6,252 nucleotides of DNA from a virus (lineage: Duplodnaviria; Heunggongvirae; Uroviricota; Caudoviricetes): IMG/VR virus record IMGVR_UViG_2778261645_000001, one strand, 5' to 3'. A program made the position numbers and the translations under genes. The notes beneath the pieces were generated by a model. It was not told the DNA's origin. It was given only the letters and a program-made list of their open reading frames with translations, and made no database searches. Below, one piece after another: positions 1 to 5,724 of this stretch (positions are counted from its first letter, which is position 1; each line of letters starts with the position of its first letter).

Positions 1-60
1 GATGATCTGGCAGCCTGAGTTCACAGATAAAACACTCTCCAGGAAACCCGGGGCGGTTCA
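1..60 (+). mobile_element. Right terminus (IRR) of an IS3-family insertion sequence, IS629/IS1203/IS3411-like; the body of the element lies upstream of the window
   Basis: Positions 36-60 (ctccaggaaacccggggcggttca) are the imperfect inverted complement of 6193-6216 (tgaaccgccccggaaatcctggag) at the other end of the window. Ends in the TG...CA dinucleotides typical of IS3-family ends. Matches my recollection of the IS629 right end. GC content is visibly higher than in the flanking cargo. Confidence 0.75.
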
Positions 61-1259
61 GTTAGTGAGTTGTTCCAAGTATTCTTTAAGTTCCCTAACA
101 TCGTCTGCGTAGAGTCCTGAATAGCTTTCCAGCCACCTCTGGAATTAATCTGTGAACCAAGTTCTTTAGCAAACTTAGGGAGTGCATCAGAGGCTTTAAC
201 ATCACCATTTTTCATCTTATCGAAAAGCTGTTTTTCAGTCAGACCTAAAGCCTTTGCAAATGCCTGAGTAGCACCCGGTAAAGCTTCAGATAGTTGCCCC
301 TTAAGCTCTTCAGCCATCACCTGACCCTTAGAAGCCATCTGCGATACTGCGGTTAATGCTCTTTGAATCTGCTCATCTGAACGACCCATTAAACGGGCAT
401 ATCCAGTTAAGTTTTTAAATAATTCCTCTGAGCCTTCAAGACCCATCGTATTTTTTGCAGATGCACCAAATGAAGCAAACTGTGCTTGTGTTTCGGTTGT
501 GTCCATACCAGTAATTTGAGTTAAATCTTGAATGAACTTTTTGACCTGTGTACTTTGGTCACCGAATACGAAATCAATACTTCTTTCCGATGATGCACGT
601 TGAAGGCCAACTTCCATAATCTTCTGATAACTGGCTAATACAGCCTGCATTGAGATAAATGCACCTGCTGTTTTGACTGCTGCCGAAGACAGGTTATCAA
701 GGCTGCTAGCTGCTCTGTCACCATTAATGCTGGTGGATGTATGACCTCTGGCTTTAGCAATTGCTTCTCGTACACTTGAATTTAGTTTAGCAAGGGCTTC
801 ATTAAACTTGGTGTTATCCATCTGACCAGCTTTACTACTTAATGCGTAAAACTGGCTCTTAATGTATTTCTCGACAATTGGGTTAAGACCTTTCAGCTTG
901 GTCATATTAGCTGAATAAGCTGCTGTGATTGCTCTGTTGCCGCTAATTCGTGGCTGTCTCGGTTGTTTTGGAGGATTAATCGCATCATTAACCTGACTTG
1001 TGAAACGGAAAGCTTTAGTATTTTTTGCTCTAGCTTCCAGACGGTCAAAGGTCTTATTAATTTTCCCTTCCATTGACTTCAAAGAACTTGTCAGATTACT
1101 GTCAAGTTGCTTGGTATCGACCTTAAACGCTCTATTCAAATTCCGTTCAATTCTTTGTGCTGATTGCAAAGCTGCCTTTTCAACTCTTTGCAAGCCCTTA
1201 ACAACGTTCTCGCTGAAGCCTAGCTCAACGATAAAACTATCAACTTTAAACTGTGCCAT
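21..1259 (-). CDS. Phage tail tape measure domain protein, N-terminal ~399 codons only; 3' end interrupted by the IS terminus (likely pseudogene or truncated gene)
   Basis: 412-aa ORF with ATG at 1259 and a Shine-Dalgarno-like AGAGGTGA about 11 nt upstream. The segment GLEGSEELFKNLTGYARLMGRSDEQIQRALTAVSQMASKGQVMAEELKGQLSEALPGATQAFAKALGLTEKQLFDKMKNGDVKASDALPKFAKELG resembles the conserved tape-measure domain (TIGR02675/TP901-type core). The last 12 residues (EPPRVSWRVFYL, plus the stop) are translated from IS terminal sequence (21-59), so the native frame is cut at position 60/61. True tape measure proteins are usually much longer than 400 aa. Confidence 0.6.
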   Translation of the reverse strand: MAQFKVDSFIVELGFSENVVKGLQRVEKAALQSAQRIERNLNRAFKVDTKQLDSNLTSSLKSMEGKINKTFDRLEARAKNTKAFRFTSQVNDAINPPKQPRQPRISGNRAITAAYSANMTKLKGLNPIVEKYIKSQFYALSSKAGQMDNTKFNEALAKLNSSVREAIAKARGHTSTSINGDRAASSLDNLSSAAVKTAGAFISMQAVLASYQKIMEVGLQRASSERSIDFVFGDQSTQVKKFIQDLTQITGMDTTETQAQFASFGASAKNTMGLEGSEELFKNLTGYARLMGRSDEQIQRALTAVSQMASKGQVMAEELKGQLSEALPGATQAFAKALGLTEKQLFDKMKNGDVKASDALPKFAKELGSQINSRGGWKAIQDSTQTMLGNLKNTWNNSLTEPPRVSWRVFYL

Positions 1260-1350
1260 TGTTCATATTTCACCTCTTTAAGCGTGAGCTACGTAAAAAA
1301 TAATTTTTGGTGTAGGTATTAGCTTTACAGATTTCACGTAGCACACATAC

Positions 1351-1393
1351 AAAAAAGGAGAGTTACCTAGATTGCCATCCAGATAATCTCTCC
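1351..1393 (-). terminator. Candidate rho-independent terminator downstream of the 71-aa gene
   Basis: On the minus strand: GGAGAG (revcomp of 1388-1393), a 25-nt loop, CTCTCC (revcomp of 1357-1362), then TTTTTT (revcomp of 1351-1356). The stem is short and the loop long, so this is weak to moderate. Confidence 0.3.
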
Positions 1394-1426
1394 CGTTGAT
1401 TTTACCCAACCAATTCTATTCTCAAA

Positions 1427-1642
1427 TTAATGGTAAACGTAAGAATACATCCCATCATCACCTAAAATCTGTGCGTCACATGGTAATTTATCTAAGCACC
1501 ATGAAGGAATCCTTCTAACCTTTGGTTTGTGTGAGGTGATAACTCGATGTTGATTTCCAATTCGTAGCTTTGGTTTGGCTTGTAACTTTAAGTTTTCACA
1601 AGCCGACTTAATAGTTTCATAACGCTGTTGCAAATCAATCAT
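1427..1642 (-). CDS. Hypothetical small basic protein (71 aa)
   Basis: ORF track gives 1427..1648 with a GTG start. The ATG two codons in (1642-1640) is preceded by GAGGTG about 4-5 nt upstream, so I prefer it. It sits directly downstream of the 235-aa gene. No recognisable motif. Confidence 0.55.
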   Translation of the reverse strand: MIDLQQRYETIKSACENLKLQAKPKLRIGNQHRVITSHKPKVRRIPSWCLDKLPCDAQILGDDGMYSYVYH

Positions 1643-1658
1643 TCTCACCTCACTTAAA

Positions 1659-2366
1659 TTAAATCACTTTGCTGTATTTCTGAGGAACCTTCAGTAGCTG
1701 TTCAATGTCACCTTGCAGGGCAACCTTTTTCTGTGCCTCGTATTCGGCTATCAAAGATTTCATGCTATCAAGTTCTTTTTTAAGCTTTTGCTTTAACTTA
1801 TCCAGTTTACCGGAATAATGCTTAGTCAAATTAGCTTCAGCTAACTGAAGAATCTCTTCATCTGTTTTATCACTCATCAGAATAAATTGACCAGAACCCC
1901 TTAATGCTTGTCTGACATCAATTAACCGGAACCCTTCAGGGATACTTTGAAGAACTTTAGGAACGTCTTCAATCGCTGTACCAAAACCATCATTAAAGTT
2001 TCCTTCATAATAGATAAATGGGTTTGACTTAATCTCGTAAGCAATATCATATTCTGAAGGTTTCGAGGTTTCTTCGAAGTTCTTAACATTGTCGTAAGCA
2101 ATATCAAGTCGAATACGCTGTTCTTTTAACTGTGGGTAATATTCACGCTCAAGATTAAATAGTGCTTCACCCTTGCAGATATCTGGCATTTCTTGAGGCT
2201 CAGGAGACACAAAGGTAATTTGCTTCGGTGACATTCGGATTTCTTGCTCAAGTGCAATTCTTTCATCATGTTCTTTACGCTGAATAGTGATAGCTGGATG
2301 TTCAGTCTGTGGCGACCAGTCACCGAAGCTATCAACCTTTCTACCGCTAATATATAGATTTTCCAT
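1659..2366 (-). CDS. Hypothetical protein (235 aa from the preferred ATG), charged, with a Lys/Glu-rich probably helical C-terminus
   Basis: ORF track gives 1659..2411 with a GTG start. The internal ATG at 2366-2364 (MENLYISGRK...) is preceded by GAAGAGGAAAA about 5-8 nt upstream. Long uninterrupted frame. The nested 61-aa and 81-aa ORFs in other frames are treated as artefacts. Confidence 0.7.
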   Translation of the reverse strand: MENLYISGRKVDSFGDWSPQTEHPAITIQRKEHDERIALEQEIRMSPKQITFVSPEPQEMPDICKGEALFNLEREYYPQLKEQRIRLDIAYDNVKNFEETSKPSEYDIAYEIKSNPFIYYEGNFNDGFGTAIEDVPKVLQSIPEGFRLIDVRQALRGSGQFILMSDKTDEEILQLAEANLTKHYSGKLDKLKQKLKKELDSMKSLIAEYEAQKKVALQGDIEQLLKVPQKYSKVI

Positions 2367-2573
2367 TTCATTTTCCTCTTCTAAGTAATACTCAGTTTTT
2401 AAAAAGCACACCTGACATCCTACAAACTTAGAAGAGGCTTAAAAGGCGTTTGCCAAGTATGCTTTTTAAAAGCTGAAAAAGCCCTAGATAACTAAAACGC
2501 TATAAAGGGCTAAGGTGAAGAAATTAAAACATCTAAAGGATTCAATAACGAATGAACAAGAGTACTTTTCGAG

Positions 2574-2602
2574 ATGACCTCTCAGGTTATATAAGAGGTC
2601 AT
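2574..2602. repeat. Perfect 9-bp inverted repeat ATGACCTCT-N11-AGAGGTCAT in the 435-bp gap
   Basis: Arms at 2574-2582 and 2594-2602 are exact reverse complements. No flanking T-run on either strand, so it is more likely a protein-binding palindrome or RNA hairpin than an intrinsic terminator. Confidence 0.4.
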
Positions 2603-2846
2603 GTAGCGAAAAGCATTGCACCTTTCAGAATGTTCGGTATAGAACATACCTCACCAACTCAGAATATCCATCCATCCATCTGATTATTGAAAGAAATATA
2701 AGAGAGAATTACTCTCCCATAATTAAAATTATGTCATGCTTAAGGTTATTTGTCAACAACTTTTTAACAGATTGGTAACATTTATACTTTAATAGATGCA
2801 CCTGCAATCATACCAATCAATACAAAACAGATAATCACCAATTCCA

Positions 2847-3176
2847 TTAATGCACCACCTTCGAATCCGTCACCAAAATATTGTCAGCGTACAAAATTGC
2901 TATAGCTGCCTTGAGATATCTTTCAGGGCTAATGCTGTATTTGTTCGTTTGCTCGATAACCAATCTTTTCATGTTGCTGTCTTTAATTGGTAGCATCATT
3001 CGAGGCTCGTTAAACTCCACCGAGTGAATAAAGTCAGAGATGTTTTCTGCATTATCAGCCATCAAAGCTAACAGCCTGTCAAAGTCAATGCTAATACCTG
3101 CATCAATGAAGCTTTGCACCATCATAGCAGTGTCGGTATCAATAAAAATCTGTAGTGGGAAGTTTAATTCTCTCAT
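2847..3176 (-). CDS. Hypothetical acidic protein (109 aa)
   Basis: ATG at 3176-3174 with a strong Shine-Dalgarno AAGGAG about 9 nt upstream (minus-strand context AAAAGGAGATTTTAAGAAATG). Clean ORF. No recognisable domain. Confidence 0.7.
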   Translation of the reverse strand: MRELNFPLQIFIDTDTAMMVQSFIDAGISIDFDRLLALMADNAENISDFIHSVEFNEPRMMLPIKDSNMKRLVIEQTNKYSISPERYLKAAIAILYADNILVTDSKVVH

Positions 3177-3197
3177 TTCTTAAAATCTCCTTTTTAC

Positions 3198-3318
3198 CAG
3201 ACCTCCTCAATCGCTCTGTAACGAGCTAAACAGTCTTTTTCAGGGGTAGCCTGTAGGGGTGTGCCACATACCCTAAAATAAGATAGTTTTTTGCGTTAGA
3301 ATGCGATTGAGAGCGTCT
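3198..3318. repeat. Copy 1 of a two-copy ~100-120 bp element with conserved inverted termini (repeat A)
   Basis: Shares a ~46-bp left block (cagacctcYtcaatcgctctgtaacgagYtaaac...cagg) and a ~30-bp right block (ttttttgYgtYagaatgcgattgagagcgtct) with 5125-5222; the centre differs. The outer 16 bp of the two blocks are imperfect inverted complements (13 of 16). It lies in the 169-bp spacer between the 69-aa and 109-aa genes. Confidence 0.6.
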
Positions 3319-3345
3319 GAGAGTGGGTAAAACCGTTTTTTGCCT

Positions 3346-3555
3346 TTAGTCTGAGACTATTAACCCCATCTCACTATGAAATTGACTAAACCAGCTTTTT
3401 GTTACTGAGGTTTTTAGTGTGAAAGATGGGGATTGCATAATCAGATAGATGCCATCATTATCAATGTCGCCCCATCCACTATGTACATCAATTAGATTTC
3501 GAAAATATTTAAAGGCTTTGTCTGTTTTAAGTTTGAGGGTGAATACTTTCTTCAT
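3346..3555 (-). CDS. Hypothetical protein (69 aa)
   Basis: ORF track gives 3346..3567 with a TTG start. The ATG at 3555-3553 has GGGGGAAAGA immediately upstream and forms an ATGA start/stop overlap with the upstream 76-aa gene, indicating translational coupling. Confidence 0.55.
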   Translation of the reverse strand: MKKVFTLKLKTDKAFKYFRNLIDVHSGWGDIDNDGIYLIMQSPSFTLKTSVTKSWFSQFHSEMGLIVSD

Positions 3556-3782
3556 TCTTTCCCCCAATTCTTAATGAGTTCATAGGCCCGTTTAAATTGA
3601 GTCGGGTCACTATAATCAAGCTCGATATCCAGTGACTTTAATTCATAGCGTAACTGCTCAATTTGATGTGGCTTTAGTCTTTTCTTGTTACGGTCAAGCG
3701 TAACATCTTCATATTCTTTTGAGCGGGTATCTTGCCTGATTAGATGTGATGCCAGTCTATAAAATTTGTATCTACATAGCAT
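3552..3782 (-). CDS. Hypothetical small basic protein (76 aa)
   Basis: ORF track gives 3552..3815 with a TTG start. The ATG at 3782-3780 is preceded by a consensus Shine-Dalgarno AGGAGG with a 5-nt spacer, and overlaps the stop of the upstream gene by one base (TAATG). Confidence 0.65.
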   Translation of the reverse strand: MLCRYKFYRLASHLIRQDTRSKEYEDVTLDRNKKRLKPHQIEQLRYELKSLDIELDYSDPTQFKRAYELIKNWGKE

Positions 3783-4054
3783 TAAACCTCCTGTAGCAAA
3801 TTGTTTGGGTGGCAATTTCTCTTATTACCATCCCTGAAGATAATCTTTTTAGTTGCCTGAACTTCATGATGCAAAAACCAGATGACATACTTCACATAAT
3901 AATCACGAGTGCCATAACGAATCATTGGATTACCGTAAGCATCATCTCTTGTCTTAACCTCTCCGCCATCAATCCATTCAAGCATTCCTGTTTCGTAATT
4001 AATCATGAAGTAAGTTGCAAAGAACCGTTTAATATCATCTCGCCATTGCTTCAT
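3782..4054 (-). CDS. Small HNH_3-like (phage HNH endonuclease-like) protein, 90 aa, possibly catalytically degenerate
   Basis: ATG at 4054-4052 with GGAGGT about 7 nt upstream. The C-terminal stretch YYVKYVIWFLHHEV...IIFRDGNKRNCHPNNL resembles the HNH_3 signature (h-H-x-D-G-N-K-x-N-N-x-x-x-N-L), but Arg replaces the His that normally precedes DGN. The protein ends right after NNL. Confidence 0.45.
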   Translation of the reverse strand: MKQWRDDIKRFFATYFMINYETGMLEWIDGGEVKTRDDAYGNPMIRYGTRDYYVKYVIWFLHHEVQATKKIIFRDGNKRNCHPNNLLQEV

Positions 4055-4056
4055 AA

Positions 4057-4335
4057 TCAGACCTCCAGAGACAGCTTGCGAATCTTGATGCTCAATAGAC
4101 GGGCAATATCAATTTTAAAGCTGTTAAGTCCCTTCAAAGTATCTAAAGCGTCCTGAGTAATTCGGATGTGTTTACGACCTTTAGAAACTGGATATTTAAG
4201 TAAATCCGACTCAGTGACCTCTTTAGCAATTGCAAGCTGCATAACAGTCTGATGAGGCAAGCTACTAGCTCGTTTAATTCTGGTAAGCTCGTTAAAAGCT
4301 TCCTCTGAAATACGGGTTAATGTGTGTTTATTCAT
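4057..4335 (-). CDS. Putative ribbon-helix-helix (Arc/CopG-like) DNA-binding protein, 92 aa
   Basis: ATG at 4335-4333 directly abuts the stop of the upstream gene (TAAATG), with AGAGGAA about 7 nt upstream. The N-terminus HTLTRISEEAFNELTRIKRASSLPHQTVMQLAIAK fits a beta-strand, helix, helix RHH pattern. Assignment is by pattern only. Confidence 0.4.
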   Translation of the reverse strand: MNKHTLTRISEEAFNELTRIKRASSLPHQTVMQLAIAKEVTESDLLKYPVSKGRKHIRITQDALDTLKGLNSFKIDIARLLSIKIRKLSLEV

Positions 4336-4893
4336 TTAAAATTCCTCTGTAACTAAATACGGGTCAAACTCGAAATCTGGTTGCTCGTTTTCCATTGGCT
4401 CAATATTCCCAACGGCAATATGATGTTCAACAATACCAATTAGCTTTGCACACATTACAGCAAGCAATGCACAATAGGCATCGGTTGGTAATTCGTAGCT
4501 AAGTCTGGTTGCTTGTCGCTGAAGATGATTTGTCACGGTAGCTGAGTTAATTTCATCAAGGTTCTTTAGAAGATAAAATAGTTTTTTGTTGTATTTCGGG
4601 TGGCCTTCACTTCTACAGAATCCAATGAAAATATCATCAAGCTTACTTGGTAGTTGCTCGTAGCTGTCGAAGTTAGCCAAATAATTTTTGATGCTGTTCT
4701 TTGTTGTTTTGCGTACTGACATATAACGACTCCTCGGTGTAATTGCCCGAATTACTTCGTCAATGCCTTTGCGTTCTGCTCTGGTGAATTTGGGTACTTC
4801 GTGGCTGGTGGGGGAGTTTGTGTAAGCGTAGGAGTTGTGCTTGTTGCGTTCTCTCGATGCCTGAAGCATCGCTCTAAATTCTCTGTCGTTCAT
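4336..4893 (-). CDS. Hypothetical protein (185 aa), promoter-proximal first gene of the small-gene operon
   Basis: ATG at 4893-4891 with AAGGA about 12 nt upstream. It sits about 45 bp downstream of the -10 of a near-consensus promoter. Acidic C-terminal tail (ENEQPDFEFDPYLVTEEF). No domain recognised. Confidence 0.7.
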   Translation of the reverse strand: MNDREFRAMLQASRERNKHNSYAYTNSPTSHEVPKFTRAERKGIDEVIRAITPRSRYMSVRKTTKNSIKNYLANFDSYEQLPSKLDDIFIGFCRSEGHPKYNKKLFYLLKNLDEINSATVTNHLQRQATRLSYELPTDAYCALLAVMCAKLIGIVEHHIAVGNIEPMENEQPDFEFDPYLVTEEF

Positions 4894-4942
4894 TCATAAG
4901 CCAGTCCTTATAATTGTTAATTCTCTGTTAACCATATATACA

Positions 4943-4971
4943 ATACTAGCAGTTTCAAAGACTAATGTCAA
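4943..4971 (-). promoter_or_regulatory. Near-consensus sigma70 promoter for the leftward small-gene operon
   Basis: On the minus strand: -35 TTGACA (revcomp of 4966-4971), a 17-bp spacer, -10 TAGTAT (revcomp of 4943-4948). Correctly placed upstream of the 185-aa gene start at 4893. Confidence 0.6.
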
Positions 4972-4978
4972 GCATTTT

Positions 4979-5008
4979 TTAACATTTCATTAACATCTGT
5001 GGTATAAT
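4979..5008 (+). promoter_or_regulatory. Rightward promoter with extended -10, divergent from the operon promoter
   Basis: -35 TTAACA (4979-4984), an 18-bp spacer, extended -10 TGgTATAAT (5000-5008). Back to back with the leftward promoter; the two -35 elements are 7 bp apart. Confidence 0.5.
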
Positions 5009-5124
5009 GGTTCTATGGGGAGAGTAAAATATAAAGGCGTGGCTATGAGGTTTATTCGATAGGGGTTGGTACAAGCCCAACTAACCGAATCAACTATGTA
5101 TGTCACATGGTATTGCATTGCACA

Positions 5125-5222
5125 CAGACCTCTTCAATCGCTCTGTAACGAGTTAAACGGCCTCTTCAGGTCAACTCATAAGGTCAGGTACTTTTTTGTG
5201 TCAGAATGCGATTGAGAGCGTC
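5125..5222. repeat. Copy 2 of repeat A
   Basis: Same conserved left and right blocks as 3198-3318, with a shorter, divergent centre. Lies about 115 bp downstream of the rightward promoter; its right block ends about 5 nt before the AGGA ribosome-binding site of the 5238 ORF. Confidence 0.6.
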
Positions 5223-5237
5223 TTACAAGGAAAACTA

Positions 5238-5414
5238 ATGGTAAATCTCCCTCCTGAACTGGGGTCACCTGATGTATGGGCTGGTGGAGGTATTGGCCTT
5301 ATTTCAGGTCTGCTGCTTCGTTACGTCCTTGTCAGAGTGCTTGTTGTCTTTAAACTGTTCGGTCGTACATGGACGCTTGACCTTAAGGATAATGACCACA
5401 CAGACCCCCGCTAA
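5238..5414 (+). CDS. Candidate small hydrophobic (single-transmembrane) peptide, 58 aa
   Basis: ATG at 5238 preceded by AGGA with a 7-nt spacer. Product MVNLPPELGSPDVWAGGGIGLISGLLLRYVLVRVLVVFKLFGRTWTLDLKDNDHTDPR has one hydrophobic segment of about 23 residues. ORF track reports it as 5196..5414 from a TTG start. Local GC is higher than the surrounding cargo. A weak CCCC/GGGG hairpin (5429-5452) follows the stop. Confidence 0.3.
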   Translation: MVNLPPELGSPDVWAGGGIGLISGLLLRYVLVRVLVVFKLFGRTWTLDLKDNDHTDPR

Positions 5415-5489
5415 ACCCCCTCCAAAACCCCCTGTACGAGATGGTATAGGGGCATCTTTAGCATTTTGTGCTATCTATTAAAAAATAGC

Positions 5490-5519
5490 TTGACAGAACC
5501 GGAAAGCTGTATCTATCAA
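5490..5519 (+). promoter_or_regulatory. Possible promoter reading into the tandem-repeat region
   Basis: TTGACA (5490-5495), an 18-bp spacer, TATCAA (5514-5519). The -35 is consensus but the -10 is weak, and there is no obvious downstream gene. Confidence 0.25.
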
Positions 5520-5534
5520 GCACTCACCTCTCTG

Positions 5535-5724
5535 ACAGTAATTTCTAAAAGTTCTTATTTTTCAATAAGTTGTAATTAGCCATATATAGAGAACTGACAA
5601 GTCTCTTCACAGAGAACTCTGTAACCTTAACAGTAATTTCTAAAAATGCTTATTTTTCAATAAGTTGTAATCACCCAATATAATAGCTGTTCAGCTTCTT
5701 CACAGGGAAACTTCAGAGGCCTTC
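5535..5724. repeat. Two tandem ~95-bp direct repeats (repeat B), each with a CTTATT-N4-AATAAG hairpin
   Basis: Units start at 5535 and 5630. The first 42 bp are 40/42 identical (acagtaatttctaaaaNtNcttatttttcaataagttgtaat); the remainder is recognisably related but diverged. Embedded inverted repeats at 5554-5569 and 5649-5664. Unit 2 contains a perfect TATAAT at 5679-5684. Confidence 0.65.

Noticed and set aside
1000-1281. 93-aa plus-strand ORF
   Set aside because: Lies entirely antisense to the tape-measure-domain gene, is Leu/Ser/Phe-rich as expected for the reverse frame of an AT-rich gene, and has no ribosome-binding site. Judged a shadow ORF.
1922-2371. 61-aa and 81-aa minus-strand ORFs (1922..2107, 2126..2371)
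   Set aside because: Both are nested in alternative frames inside the 235-aa gene, which has the better start context and length.
3198-3318. Short peptide encoded within repeat A
   Set aside because: Copy 2 has a 37-codon frame from ATG 5096, but the same frame in copy 1 has a stop at 3181-3183 and no start. Conservation is at nucleotide level on the flanks, not at protein level.
3329-3345. Terminator-like aaaaccgttttttgcc after repeat A copy 1
   Set aside because: The stem would be all A-T with a 1-nt loop; it is not a stable hairpin. The T-run more likely belongs to the 3' flank of the repeat.
3809-4156. 115-aa plus-strand ORF
   Set aside because: Antisense to the coupled 90-aa and 92-aa minus-strand genes, with no Shine-Dalgarno sequence. 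Composition is typical of a shadow frame.
5009-5125. tRNA or tRNA-like attachment site near ggggttggtacaagcccaactaacc
   Set aside because: No T-loop consensus (GTTCRAnYC), no acceptor-stem pairing and no CCA-compatible end. Only a 5-bp inverted repeat.
5272-5481. 69-aa plus-strand ORF overlapping the candidate 58-aa peptide in another frame
   Set aside because: No ribosome-binding site upstream of its ATG, and its product is Cys/Val-rich. The 5238 start has the better translation-initiation context, so at most one of the two is real.
5535-5724. CRISPR array
   Set aside because: Only two units, unit length about 95 bp, and the would-be spacers are themselves homologous between units. This is a diverged tandem duplication, not repeat-spacer architecture.
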